Source of the DNA: a virus
Taxonomy: Duplodnaviria; Caudoviricetes
IMG/VR virus record: IMGVR_UViG_3300037312_001491
Coordinates: 1 to 64,000 of that record
DNA length: 64,000 nucleotides
Direction: 5' to 3' (one strand)
In this document: one piece after another, positions 1 through 9,488 of the stretch
How positions within the stretch are numbered: the stretch's first letter is position 1
How the letters are laid out: each line of letters opens with the position of its first letter
The notes under the pieces: model-generated
Database searches by the model: none
What the model saw: only the letters and a program-made list of their open reading frames with translations
What the model was told of the DNA's origin: nothing
Program-made: the position numbers and the translations under genes

Positions 1-873
1 CGCTGCCAGACCCTGTTCGGTTGGTACGACCCGCGCACGGCCGCGAACGAGTGCATCCAGCCCGACCGCTACACCCCCGAGGTCGTGGCGTACATGCGCG
101 AGGAGGAGTACGGCGCGCGCATGTTCGAGGCGCAGTGCCAGCAGAACCCGAGCGCCGCGGACGGCGACATCTTCAAGGCCATCTGGTGGCGCTACTTCCG
201 CCTGAGCACGCAGAGCGAGCGCGACCCCATGCAGCGCGGGACCGAGTACAACCACGACCCTGCGCTCGTGGTGGACGTCGACCGCCGCACCGGCGAGCTG
301 GACGTCGACACGGTCTGCGTCACGGTCGACGCCACCGGCGGCTCGAAGGCGGACGACGCCTCGCACGTCGGTCTGCTCATCTGCGCCACCAAGGGCCAGA
401 AGATTCGGCTCGTGCTCGACGACCTCGGCCAAGGCCCGCGCTCGTTCCCCGAGATGAAGACCGACCTCGACGTCGCCATCCCGCGCGCGAGCAACCTGAC
501 CGGCAAGCTCCACGTCCACGTGCTGATCGAGAAGAAGGCGCTCGGCCCCGCGCTGTCCTCGGAGATCGAGCAGCGCATCAGGAGCGAGGTCTACACCAAC
601 AGCTCCGGCGAGCCTATCGCCGTGACCATCGAGGACTACGAGCCGGCGAACACGCAGGCCAGCAAGGTCGCCCGCGCGCAGGCGATGGAAGTCCCCATGG
701 CGCTCGGGGAGATCTACATCCCCGAGGACGCGCCGTGGCTCCAGGCGTTCCTCGCCGAGTTCCAGCGCTTCCCGAAGAAGCCGAACGACAAGGTCGACGC
801 GCTCGCGCAGTTCGTCGACAAGTACCGCCAGCGCGTCAGCTGGGTGACCGTGATGCAGGCGGTCGGGCGCTAG
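1..873 (+). CDS. terL: Terminase large subunit, C-terminal part (5' truncated by window)
   Basis: Open frame from base 1: GWYDPRT...FEAQCQQNP...GDIFK, then VDATGG...SHVG, VLIEKKALG and FLAEFQRFPKKPNDKVDALAQ, resembling the RNase H-like terminase nuclease domain. Confidence 0.85.
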   Translation, partial: RCQTLFGWYDPRTAANECIQPDRYTPEVVAYMREEEYGARMFEAQCQQNPSAADGDIFKAIWWRYFRLSTQSERDPMQRGTEYNHDPALVVDVDRRTGELDVDTVCVTVDATGGSKADDASHVGLLICATKGQKIRLVLDDLGQGPRSFPEMKTDLDVAIPRASNLTGKLHVHVLIEKKALGPALSSEIEQRIRSEVYTNSSGEPIAVTIEDYEPANTQASKVARAQAMEVPMALGEIYIPEDAPWLQAFLAEFQRFPKKPNDKVDALAQFVDKYRQRVSWVTVMQAVGR

Positions 874-1250
874 CGGAAGAAGTCGCCGCAGCCGTTCTGC
901 CGGTCGAGGCGCTCGCGCTCGGCCTCGGCCGCGAGGTCCGCCTGGAGGTCGAAGGGCTCGACCTCGTACCAGTGAGCCGGGTCGATGCTGCCGGCCGCCT
1001 TGACCTTCGCCGCGAACGCCTTGGCGCGACCCTCGGCCTGCCAGTCGACCTGCGAGAAGCCGTCGACCTCGTCGACGACGTAGCCCTTCACCTTGTAGCT
1101 CACGTGGCGGTAGACCTTGCCGTCCGCGCCGTCCGCGCCGACCCCGAAGTCGCACACGAGCAGGGTGCCGTCCTCGCTGTGCTTGGGGGCGTACAGGTGA
1201 CCCTCGGTCACGTACGCGTCGGTGATTGCGATGCGCTGCGTCTTGTTCAT
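870..1250 (-). CDS. Hypothetical protein
   Basis: ATG after GGAGG RBS, GC3-biased codons, promoter-like TTGGCA-N16-TATGAT upstream. Confidence 0.6.
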   Translation of the reverse strand: MNKTQRIAITDAYVTEGHLYAPKHSEDGTLLVCDFGVGADGADGKVYRHVSYKVKGYVVDEVDGFSQVDWQAEGRAKAFAAKVKAAGSIDPAHWYEVEPFDLQADLAAEAERERLDRQNGCGDFFR

Positions 1251-1348
1251 GTTGTCCTCCACGTCTCCCATCATAAGCAGGGGGCGGAGGTTGCCAAGGA
1301 CGCGTCAAGTCCTATTCGCACAGGACGTGTCAGGTCGGATGCGCTGCG

Positions 1349-1696
1349 TTAGCAGCCCTCGTACGTCGGCTCGCAGGTGAGCGTGCAGGCCCACGCGGCA
1401 GGCGCGCCTGGCTTGGGGTCGGTCGGCTTCTCCTGGAGGCACAGCCCGCGCTCGGGCCCGGTCGCCTCCGTGGCGTAGCATCCGGCCTGCCACAGGGCGC
1501 CCCAGTCGTGCGCGGCCGCGTCGCCGGGGATGACCTTGTCGTCCGGGCTCGGGGCGACGCACACGTGGTGCTGCACGTCATCGATGTCGCCGTCGCAGAG
1601 CGCGTGCGTGTAGCAGACCCACATCACGTGGTCGGGCTTGGTGTTGAGGTCGAGGGTGCACGCCCCCAAGCACGCCAGCAGAAATAGTAGCTTCAT
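1349..1696 (-). CDS. Cys-rich putative lipoprotein
   Basis: MKLLFLLACLGAC signal/lipobox followed by several Cys residues. Confidence 0.6.
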   Translation of the reverse strand: MKLLFLLACLGACTLDLNTKPDHVMWVCYTHALCDGDIDDVQHHVCVAPSPDDKVIPGDAAAHDWGALWQAGCYATEATGPERGLCLQEKPTDPKPGAPAAWACTLTCEPTYEGC

Positions 1697-1736
1697 GCAC
1701 TCGAACCTACGCACCGGCGCTCGCCGGCGCAAGGAC

Positions 1737-1973
1737 TCAGTGCGTGACGACCCGGGCGGCCGGCATCGCGCGCGCCGTGTCCTCGGCCACGTACTTCTGC
1801 CACCTACGCATCCAGGGGCAGTCGCGATGGCACGAGTCCGGGACGTCACAGGCCACGCGCCAGTGGCCGCCGGCTCCCCAGACGGAGCCGACGTACTCAC
1901 GCCTGTGTGGGGTTAGGGCGAGCGCGATGACGCGCCAGACCCGGCGCATCACTCGATGGATGTGCTCGCTCAT
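1737..1973 (-). CDS. Hypothetical protein
   Basis: ATG overlaps the stop of the upstream kinase gene; operon-like packing. Confidence 0.4.
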   Translation of the reverse strand: MSEHIHRVMRRVWRVIALALTPHRREYVGSVWGAGGHWRVACDVPDSCHRDCPWMRRWQKYVAEDTARAMPAARVVTH

Positions 1974-2563
1974 AGACGACGCTCCCTCGGGTGCCAGCTC
2001 GCCCGCGCAGGGTCGAACCCCCAGCGGTCGCCTTTGCAGTCCTCGTGCTGGCCACCGTGGCCGCGCTGGACGACGCACGCGTTGGCGCTGCCGCACGCTT
2101 GGCCGGTGCCTGGCGTAGCACGCGCCCAGTAGACCTCGTGCTTCCACCAGGGCGGCAACTGCCGCGCCGCGAGCGACGCCGCCATCCGCTTGACGGCCGC
2201 CTCGGGCACGCCGTGGGTGTTGCGCGCGGCCGCGACGGCCGGGTCGCACTCGACCGTGACGACGAGCAGCTCGTGGCCGTAGGCTAGGGCGAGCGCCGCG
2301 TACGGCGCGATCTCGGCGACCGTGGTGTTGGTGTTGTCGACCACGAGGTCGGGGTCGCCCGGGCCACCGATGGCCGCGTAGCCGGCGAACTTGCGCAGGC
2401 ACGCCCCGTGCGCCTCGGGGAGCTGGGTCGGGTCGAACCGGTAGACGCCGTCGTCGTCGGTGAAGTGGTGGTCGGCCGAGCACACGATGGCGCCGGCGTG
2501 ATGCTCGCGAACGAGCGTCGACTTGCCGGAGCCCGGCACGCCGCTGTAGATGTAGACCTTCAT
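1970..2563 (-). CDS. P-loop kinase, AAA_33 / polynucleotide-kinase-like (N4BP2-type)
   Basis: SGVPGSGKST Walker A, CSADHHF, YRFDPTQLPEAH, VVDNTNT, RNTHGVP motifs. Confidence 0.8.
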   Translation of the reverse strand: MKVYIYSGVPGSGKSTLVREHHAGAIVCSADHHFTDDDGVYRFDPTQLPEAHGACLRKFAGYAAIGGPGDPDLVVDNTNTTVAEIAPYAALALAYGHELLVVTVECDPAVAAARNTHGVPEAAVKRMAASLAARQLPPWWKHEVYWARATPGTGQACGSANACVVQRGHGGQHEDCKGDRWGFDPARASWHPRERRL

Positions 2564-2916
2564 TTCGACCTCACGGTGGTGCCCGCGGAGGCGGGCGTCA
2601 AGGACTGGCGATGCTTGGTGTAGGTGAACTCATCGGCCGCCTCCTCCAGCTTGGCGAAGGCGAGGTTGATGTGGTCGGCGCTGGCGTGGCTGAGCAACCG
2701 CGCGGCCGCGTAGTTGAGGGCCGCCTCCTTGAGGGCGGTGCGGGCCTCGAACATCGCGTGTGAGCCCGGGGACGGCAGCCCGTCGACGTGGCGACTCTGA
2801 GGTTCATCGTCCGCGCCCCCAGGTGGCGAGTCGGAGACCATGCGGATGCCCTTGCACGTCGTGCACGGGCGCAGGTCGGTGTCGGCCCCTTTGCAGTCGG
2901 GGCAGACCTTGAGCAT
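2560..2916 (-). CDS. Hypothetical protein with CxxC pairs
   Basis: CPDC...CTTC; tight packing with neighbours. Confidence 0.45.
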   Translation of the reverse strand: MLKVCPDCKGADTDLRPCTTCKGIRMVSDSPPGGADDEPQSRHVDGLPSPGSHAMFEARTALKEAALNYAAARLLSHASADHINLAFAKLEEAADEFTYTKHRQSLTPASAGTTVRSK

Positions 2917-2924
2917 GCCGCGGC

Positions 2925-3119
2925 TCACCGGCGGCACTCCTCGTACCCGTCGAACCACGGGCCGTGGGTGCGCGTGTAGCGCTTGGCCTTCGCCGACGTC
3001 GCCGTCTTCGAGCTGGTCTCCGGGTCCTTGCAGTGCGCCTGCGCCTCTTCCAGCGTCAGGCCAGTCTTGATGGTCCGCTTCGGGTGACCATCGTAGAAGT
3101 ATCGAACGACTTTGTACAT
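2925..3119 (-). CDS. Small conserved phage protein
   Basis: YKVVRYF...TGLTLEEAQAHCKDPETSS...GPWFDGYEE; RBS AAGGAGG. Confidence 0.7.
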   Translation of the reverse strand: MYKVVRYFYDGHPKRTIKTGLTLEEAQAHCKDPETSSKTATSAKAKRYTRTHGPWFDGYEECRR

Positions 3120-3173
3120 GCTGCCCTCCTTTCGCTTCTACAGACGTCGCTCGGCGTTGAATCTGACAGACGA

Positions 3174-3563
3174 TTAGCCCAGCCGCGCGGCGTCGTGGCC
3201 CTCGGCCAGCGCCTCCTGCGCCCGCTCGACGACCTGGCAGGTCTCGCAGCGCTTACAGATCGCATCCGGTGCGACCGGGTTGGCGCAGACGAACTGGCCG
3301 TCGCGGACCGAGATGCAGACGCCCTTGCGGATGCGGCTGCGGATCTGAAGCGCGAGCTTGCGGGTCGCGAGCAGGTCCTCGGCCGCCGCCGCGACGTCGA
3401 CGCCGTAGCCCGTGTGGATGTCCTCGTCCGTGTACGAGCTGCCAGGCATCGGCACGCAGGTCGCCGAGAAACGCGCGGTCGAGGGGTCGTAGTCGAACTC
3501 GACCTTGTACTCCAGGACGCAGAACGTCTGGACGATGTCGGTCGTGGTGCGAGTGTTGCTCAT
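3174..3563 (-). CDS. Hypothetical protein
   Basis: AAGGAG RBS, GC3 codon bias, downstream of promoter at 3711-3743. Confidence 0.55.
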   Translation of the reverse strand: MSNTRTTTDIVQTFCVLEYKVEFDYDPSTARFSATCVPMPGSSYTDEDIHTGYGVDVAAAAEDLLATRKLALQIRSRIRKGVCISVRDGQFVCANPVAPDAICKRCETCQVVERAQEALAEGHDAARLG

Positions 3564-3710
3564 GGCTGGTGTGCTCCTTGGGGGATGCGGAAGGGACGAG
3601 GCAAACTGGTCTACGGGTGATTGTTTCACAAGGTCCACGCCGCCCTTCGCGGGCGTACCTCTAGTGGCGCTTCCCACCCATCACAGCCCCTCGTCCCTCC
3701 CACGCCTGAC

Positions 3711-3743
3711 AACCTGTGCACGCAGGGGGTTCTCGTCAAGGGC
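3711..3743 (-). promoter_or_regulatory. Repeated leftward promoter with palindromic box (copy 1)
   Basis: Minus strand GCCCTTGACG-N17-CAGGTT containing CCCTGCGTGCACAGG. Confidence 0.7.
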
Positions 3744-3789
3744 AAATCGAATGGGAGGATCGGCCCACCGCCTGCATGTCCTACCCCTC

Positions 3790-4011
3790 ATGACATCGAC
3801 GACGTACGCGGAGATGGCTGTCACGGCCCTGAGCAAGGAGTTCGAGCGCATCGGCGAGGAGCTGCTGCCGTTGGCGGAGCGTGTCGTGAAGGGGGCATAC
3901 GCGACCGACGAAGGGCAGATTGCGGATGCGAGACGCCTGTGCGAGCTGGCGCAGGCCGTGTACGCAACCGTCCGAACTCGGGCGCTCATGGAGTGGCGGG
4001 CCCGGCACTAG
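3790..4011 (+). CDS. Hypothetical protein
   Basis: ORF with GC3 bias, divergent from the promoter copy at 3711. Confidence 0.45.
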   Translation: MTSTTYAEMAVTALSKEFERIGEELLPLAERVVKGAYATDEGQIADARRLCELAQAVYATVRTRALMEWRARH

Positions 4012-4336
4012 CTCAGCGGATCGTCCCCGGTCAGGAACTGCCCGAGCGCGTGGTCGGCGGCGAGGAACTCGGCCTGGGCCTCGCGGTACGCCTTGATGAG
4101 CGTGTCAGCCTCGGCATCAACGATATCGTCCTCGCCGCGATGGGGATGCGCCTCGGCGAAGCTCTGCATCGTTCATGACGGACGGTCCTTCCGCCCGATG
4201 CTGACGGGCTTGGTGATGGCGCCGAACACGCCGGCGAGGCCCTCCAGGGTGCCGACGATGCGCCCGCGGCGGTAGCCGAGCCCGGCGCCGAGCGCGAACG
4301 TGCCGAGCGCGATGGCTGCGGCGTAGTACCAGGGGA

Positions 4337-4603
4337 TCACGGTGCAAGCTCCACTTCTCCGGCCTCGACGGCGCGGCGCCACTCCTCGCCGCGAGCGGCG
4401 ACGGTGGTGTGTAGGGTATTGGACATGCGGTGGCCGTGCAGCGACGCCGACACCCACCAGTCGCGGCCCTTGCGCGAGCGCCAGACCGTGTAGACGATCT
4501 CGGCCCCGTGCTGGTTGGGGACGACCTTGCGGGCAACGACCTGCGCCGTGTGCGGCTTCTTGGGCTGCGGCGCGAGCAGCTCGAACGTGGGGAGCGTCAG
4601 CAT
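4337..4603 (-). CDS. Hypothetical protein
   Basis: ORF packed in leftward operon. Confidence 0.5.
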   Translation of the reverse strand: MLTLPTFELLAPQPKKPHTAQVVARKVVPNQHGAEIVYTVWRSRKGRDWWVSASLHGHRMSNTLHTTVAARGEEWRRAVEAGEVELAP

Positions 4604-4606
4604 GGG

Positions 4607-4927
4607 CTACCTCAGGTAGCAGCAACCGTGCTCGTTCACACGGCCGACGTAGTCGGTGTAGATGTTGCCGCGCTTGCCGTTCTTCACGGGCGCCTTCCAG
4701 GTGCCCTTGTAGATGTCGCCGGTCGTCTTGTCGACGAAGGAGTGGACCGAGAGGCCGTCGTGGAGCCCGTCCTTCTTGGCGACGCGGACATAGCGCGGGC
4801 CGTCCGTGTGCACGATGGTGGGCTTGGCGTGGGTGAAGCCGTTGCGCGTCCAGTACGCGTCGATGAGCCCCGTGATGTGGGCCTCGTAGCGGGCGAGCGC
4901 GGCGTCGAAGGTGACGGTCTCGTTCAT
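4607..4927 (-). CDS. Conserved phage protein (SVHSFVDKTTGDIYK...WKAP family)
   Basis: Recognisable motif RYVRV...SVHSFVDKTTGDIYKGTWKAPVK..RGNI; GGAG RBS; promoter immediately upstream. Confidence 0.7.
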   Translation of the reverse strand: MNETVTFDAALARYEAHITGLIDAYWTRNGFTHAKPTIVHTDGPRYVRVAKKDGLHDGLSVHSFVDKTTGDIYKGTWKAPVKNGKRGNIYTDYVGRVNEHGCCYLR

Positions 4928-4933
4928 GGCTCC

Positions 4934-4966
4934 AACCTGTGTACGCAGGGCGGCATCGTCAAGGGC
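4934..4966 (-). promoter_or_regulatory. Repeated leftward promoter with palindromic box (copy 2)
   Basis: Minus strand GCCCTTGACG-N17-CAGGTT containing CCCTGCGTACACAGG. Confidence 0.7.
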
Positions 4967-5531
4967 TATTCGTACAGCTGTCGGCCCAGGCCCAGTCGGC
5001 CTCGGTGAGGGTAGTCGAACCGTCTACATAGGTGGCCATAACCCCCTTCTGCCCCGGGGGTAGGTGCCGGGCGCAGTGGAAGATCGCGTGCCCGGCCTCG
5101 TGCGCCGACACGGCCACGGTGAGCAGTGGGGACATCCCCTCGGCGAGCTGGATGTCGCCACCGCCCTCCAGGCCGACGACGTCGCCGGGCAGCTCGGACT
5201 TGGGTACGAGCGTGACGTCGATGTCGCAGTCGTGGCCCCACACGGACACACCCTCCCACACGTAGTTCTGGGTGGCGGTCGGGATGCCCTCCTGGAAGTG
5301 GAGCTTGATGTTGGGCTCGGTCGCGCAGCCGGCCAGGACAAGCGCCAGGAGCGCCGCTACGAGGATGCCTGGCAGGACGCACAGCGCGCACGAGTGCCAG
5401 GGCTCCGGTGGCTTGCCGCGCTGCTGGACGCGCCTGGTGGCACCGCAGCGCAGACAGCAGTCGTAGAACTGGCCAGCGCTGATCCGGTCCTCCGGGTGCG
5501 GGCAGGGGTTGTGGAACTCGGGGGTCTTCAC
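4959..5531 (-). CDS. Metzincin/matrixin-like zinc metallopeptidase, putative lipoprotein
   Basis: Hydrophobic stretch with LAGC lipobox; HEAGHAIFHCARH zinc motif followed by GVM Met-turn. Confidence 0.6.
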   Translation of the reverse strand: MKTPEFHNPCPHPEDRISAGQFYDCCLRCGATRRVQQRGKPPEPWHSCALCVLPGILVAALLALVLAGCATEPNIKLHFQEGIPTATQNYVWEGVSVWGHDCDIDVTLVPKSELPGDVVGLEGGGDIQLAEGMSPLLTVAVSAHEAGHAIFHCARHLPPGQKGVMATYVDGSTTLTEADWAWADSCTNSP

Positions 5532-5691
5532 GTGGGCGGCCCTTTCTCGACGATGTCACGCGCCGCCAAGCGACCGAATACGGCGCCGAGCGCTTCCAGG
5601 GTCGCGACGCCGTAGCCGCGACGGTAACCGAGTCCGAAGCCGACCGCGAGGCCGGCGAACACCCCGACGACTGCGGCGATGAGGACGGTGA

Positions 5692-6021
5692 TCATGGTGC
5701 TTGCTCGTTTCCGAGGCAGACCTCGCACCACTCGTCGGGGTGGGAGAGGGCAGCCTCCGCGTTCTCGCGGGTGAGGTGACAGACGATGTGGCCGTGGTTC
5801 TCGCACACGGTGGACCAGCGCCCGCCATCCGTATCGAGGTTGGCCTCGTCGCCGTCGTACAGGGTGACGGTCGTGTTGGTCGCGTGGCACCGGCGGCTCA
5901 GCACCGCCCCCGCGTTGTCGCGGAGGATCTGCTTAGGGTCGGTGATGGCGCCGTGCTCGTTCGTGTCGCACGGCAGGCGCGGGCTGTTGCCGCGGGCGTG
6001 GCCCGCGCACAGGCAGCCCAT
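5692..6021 (-). CDS. Hypothetical Cys/His-rich protein
   Basis: WSTVCENHG...HPDEWCEVC; packed in operon. Confidence 0.5.
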   Translation of the reverse strand: MGCLCAGHARGNSPRLPCDTNEHGAITDPKQILRDNAGAVLSRRCHATNTTVTLYDGDEANLDTDGGRWSTVCENHGHIVCHLTRENAEAALSHPDEWCEVCLGNEQAP

Positions 6022-6256
6022 GGACTTCGCGCACGGGGGCGTCACGGGCGCACCTCCTCCGGCAGCTCGCCGCACGACAGGGACAGGCAGGGCTCCCCCT
6101 CGGCGATCTCGGGCGGCACCTCGCAGGCGAGCAGGAACCCGAGCGCCAGGTCGTACCAGTCGCGCTCGTCGTTGGGGTCGATGTCCTCGGCGCGGTGGTA
6201 GACCTCGGCGAGGAACCGCGAGGACGCAACCTGGAGCTTGGCGAGTTCGATGTCGC

Positions 6257-6586
6257 TCATCGGTTCGGCGCCTCCGGCTGGGGGTCGAGCTTGCGGAACT
6301 CGGTAGGGCGGCCGTTGACGACGAGCCAGCGGTACCAGGCGCCGTCGCGGAACTCCAGCGTCGTGTGCCGCTGGGTGTCGGGACGGAGGTACTGGTCGTA
6401 CAGCGCGTCGAGCAGATAGCCGAGCCGGCGCGAGGATTCCTGCGTTTTGCCGGCGCCCTCGATGGCGCACAGCTCGTCGTAGAGCGCGTCGGCTTCGTCG
6501 AACGTCAGCATCGGCAATTTGCCGACCGCTTTCGCTGCGCGGACGCGGTAGCGGCAGAGCGCGGACTCGTGGAATGGTTTGCTCAT
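6257..6586 (-). CDS. Hypothetical protein
   Basis: GAAGGG RBS, GC3 bias. Confidence 0.5.
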   Translation of the reverse strand: MSKPFHESALCRYRVRAAKAVGKLPMLTFDEADALYDELCAIEGAGKTQESSRRLGYLLDALYDQYLRPDTQRHTTLEFRDGAWYRWLVVNGRPTEFRKLDPQPEAPNR

Positions 6587-6752
6587 GGGTCCCTTCTGCG
6601 TCGGGCTGTACTGGAGACGCGAGCGTGGTCTGCGCCTCGATCGTGTTTCGCATCCCAATGCCGTCCGCCCGACCAAGGGTCGTCCGGTCACATTCAGCTA
6701 CTCCGCGTCGAGGACACCACTCGCGCCCCCAGTGCAACCCGCCACGTCAAGC

Positions 6753-6783
6753 AACCTATGCACATCGAGGGCTGTCGTCAAGG
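6753..6783 (-). promoter_or_regulatory. Leftward promoter, variant of the repeated motif
   Basis: Minus strand CCTTGACG-N17-TAGGTT. Confidence 0.55.
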
Positions 6784-6793
6784 TCTAATCGAA

Positions 6794-7024
6794 CTATCTG
6801 CGCCGGCTGCCAAGCAGCGCCTCGGCTTCGCGATCCTCGGCGTCGTGGCGCTCGATGACGGCGATGGCCGGGCACGGCTCGTCGGTTTTGGTCCGACCGT
6901 GCCCGTGCAGGTTGCGGTAGACCTTGAGCGGGAACTCACACGCGCACGCGGCGTAGATCTCCTGCGTGCGGCGGAGCTTCTTCTCGCGGCAGCGGCGCGC
7001 GAGGTCGTGCATGTCGGCGGCCAT
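6794..7024 (-). CDS. Hypothetical protein
   Basis: GGAGG RBS, TGATG overlap with upstream gene. Confidence 0.5.
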   Translation of the reverse strand: MAADMHDLARRCREKKLRRTQEIYAACACEFPLKVYRNLHGHGRTKTDEPCPAIAVIERHDAEDREAEALLGSRRR

Positions 7025-7509
7025 CAGTCACCTCCGCGCCCGTAGGCGGTCGCCCCGAGCGTTTCGCGGTCGAGGTAGTAGCGGATGTTTTTCGCGGCGA
7101 ACTCCGCGGCGAGCGTGCGCTCCACGAAGGACTCGATGAAGTGGGTCCGCGTGTAGCGCTGCTCCCACTCACGGCCGCGGCATTCGTTGTCGTCCCATGC
7201 CTTCCACCACACGCCGAGCCGGTCGTGCCGCCAGCTGTCGAACTCCTTCGGTAGCCAGAGCGCGTTGTCCTGCTCGGTGATGCGGACGTAGTGGTGCGTG
7301 CCGCCAATCCACTTCGTGACGGTGACGCGCACGCGGCGGACGAATCGCGGCACGTCGAACATCCGCACGTGGGGCTCGGTGACGGGGAGCATGGAGAGGT
7401 TGCCACCGAAGCGGCTCGCGCTCCAGCCCGTCAGGCCACGGTGGCCGTGTTCCAGCCCGTACGCCTCGGGGTCGGCGGCCATCGCCTTGAGCAGCTGTTC
7501 GCGGGTCAT
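7024..7509 (-). CDS. Hypothetical protein
   Basis: ORF with GC3 bias, operon packing. Confidence 0.5.
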   Translation of the reverse strand: MTREQLLKAMAADPEAYGLEHGHRGLTGWSASRFGGNLSMLPVTEPHVRMFDVPRFVRRVRVTVTKWIGGTHHYVRITEQDNALWLPKEFDSWRHDRLGVWWKAWDDNECRGREWEQRYTRTHFIESFVERTLAAEFAAKNIRYYLDRETLGATAYGRGGD

Positions 7510-7854
7510 CGCTGGGGCCTGGCCAACGCCAGCACGGCACCCATGAACAGGGCGACCGGACCCCACGCCGTGGCGACGACCGCGTCGGCGAGCAGGTCTT
7601 CCTCCATGCCCTGGGGATGGAATCGGAGCACGGCCAGGAAGATGGCCGCGAGCATGAAGTACGCGGTGACGAAGTCCATCACGCGGACCTCCGCTGAGCT
7701 TCGTACTTTTTGACCCGCTCGTGGGCCGCGTGGACGACGCGACCCCAGGCAGCAGTCTCATCATCGTCGAGGCGTGCGAACTCTTGCGCGCCCACGAAGT
7801 CGACCTCGTCGGCGACCTTGAGGATGGCCTTGGCCTCAGCCACGGATAGAGCGA

Positions 7855-8112
7855 TCACGGCACCCTCCCCGTCGCCGGACTGCCGACGGTGCCAGCGGCC
7901 TCGCGTGCGAGCCGGCGCTTTTCGCGCTGCTCGGCAGGGTCGGTGTGGGTCAGGTGGAACGCGTGACAGACCGTGCACTCGTAGACGCGGATCTTCACGC
8001 CGCCGCGCGAGAGCTGCTTCGCGCGGTTCTTGGCAAGGGTCTTGTCGAGGAACTTGCGCTTGTCGGCGCACGACTCCTCGTCGCGTTTGCGGATCTGTTC
8101 GGCGGGCGTCAT
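7855..8112 (-). CDS. Hypothetical protein with YECTVCHAFHLT zinc-ribbon-like motif
   Basis: GAAGGGAG RBS; CxxC/H motif. Confidence 0.5.
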   Translation of the reverse strand: MTPAEQIRKRDEESCADKRKFLDKTLAKNRAKQLSRGGVKIRVYECTVCHAFHLTHTDPAEQREKRRLAREAAGTVGSPATGRVP

Positions 8113-8329
8113 CGGTCTCCCTTCGTCGAAGGGGCGAGCTGCGGCAGGTCGCCATCCCGCACCATGATCCCGGCTCCCGGCCCTCGCGGTGCCGTGTCCG
8201 TTTAGCCCAGGCGAAGGGCCGTGCGCAGCTCGCACCCTCGACGAAAAGTCCCCGCACGTGGCAGCCGGCGCCGGTCCGGGATCCCATGACCGACTCCTAG
8301 GACAGCCGTCGCGTGCGGGGAAAGCAAAG

Positions 8330-8758
8330 CTAGTTGGCGCTGCTGGGGTCTTCGAGGCGCTGGGCCTCGCGGTCGAGCGCGCCCGAGATCAGCTCGCGGA
8401 TGTCGACGAACTTGGCGATGGTCTCCATTGTCCATCGCACGCCGAGCATGCGCTCGTGGCAGTCCTTGCGGAGCTGCTCGTCGAGCGGGCCCTTGCGGCC
8501 GCGCACGCACGCGAGCTGGACGTCGCGAATGACTTCCATCGGGGTGACCCCCGTCTTGTTGTCGGCGTAGCCGACGGTGATGAGCGTCCCCCAGACGGCC
8601 AGGGCCAGCTCGCGGTCCGCAATGTGGGCGTGGTCGCAGGCGGCGATGGTGACGCACGTCTCCGTGACGGCGCCGCGCCAGTCCGCGCTCTCCCACAGCG
8701 CGAGCGCCTGCTCGCGCGAGAATCCGAATCCTGGGCCAGGGTCTTTGTGTTCGATCAT
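8330..8758 (-). CDS. Hypothetical protein
   Basis: GGAGG RBS, GC3 bias. Confidence 0.55.
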   Translation of the reverse strand: MIEHKDPGPGFGFSREQALALWESADWRGAVTETCVTIAACDHAHIADRELALAVWGTLITVGYADNKTGVTPMEVIRDVQLACVRGRKGPLDEQLRKDCHERMLGVRWTMETIAKFVDIRELISGALDREAQRLEDPSSAN

Positions 8759-9089
8759 GTTGAAGTTCCTCCCTGCGGACCAGGTTGCGCATCCGCGGGG
8801 GGCGCGTCAAGGGGAATTGCGAGGTCCTCGGCGTGGGTCGCCGGCACCGCGTCGCGCGGGTCGATATCACCCTCGAAGAACATCGCATTGCCCCGGCACT
8901 TCGGACACACGACCGTTATCACGGTTTTGCCGATGCGACCGCCGCGGTACCTCCAGCCTCGTGATGCACCGGCGCGGAGCGCCGCGACCTTCGGCGAGAA
9001 CTGCTTGGGGCAGCGGTCCTCGTCGATCTCGACCTTCATGCGGTCGCCGCAGTCACATAGCAGCCGGAACATCAGGAGGAAGGCCACGG

Positions 9090-9488
9090 TCAGTTCCCCG
9101 CGTCGCTGGCCGACGGTGGCGCCTGGAGAGCGGCCGAGGCTTCCGCGAGGTCGCGCGGCGCGTCCGTCCACCAGGTGATCGAGCACGTGGGCGCGCCGCC
9201 GGGGCCGATGAGCGACACGGCGTAGATGGCGGTCAGCGGGATGACGCAGTGGTACTGCGTGTCCGTGAGCGTCACGAACGTCATCGTGGCCGACAATTCC
9301 TCCTCGGTGACCGCGAGATCGGTGATGTCGACTACGGGTGGGCGGCCCACGATGAGCCGGAGGTCCGGTCGCGCCCGCAGGTGCTCGGGGACCAGGCAGC
9401 GCCTCGCATCGCACACGAACATGATCGCCCCCTGCGCGAGCAGGTGGTCGAGCAGCACGTGCTTGCTGTTGCGAGTGGACTCGCTCAT
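9090..9488 (-). CDS. sspB: SspB-like (ClpXP specificity factor) protein, myxobacterial type
   Basis: LLAQG..FVCDARRCLVPEHLR.RPDLRLIVG...DLAVTEEELSATMTF...CVIPLTAIYAV follows the SspB pattern (V+P..L, L.V....SATLSF, C.IPW.AI.A). Confidence 0.6.
   Translation of the reverse strand: MSESTRNSKHVLLDHLLAQGAIMFVCDARRCLVPEHLRARPDLRLIVGRPPVVDITDLAVTEEELSATMTFVTLTDTQYHCVIPLTAIYAVSLIGPGGAPTCSITWWTDAPRDLAEASAALQAPPSASDAGN

Noticed and set aside
770-830. Possible inactive terminase (FPKKPNDKVD versus the usual HDDxVD)
   Set aside because: Acidic residues are still present; one-residue variation cannot be judged without alignment
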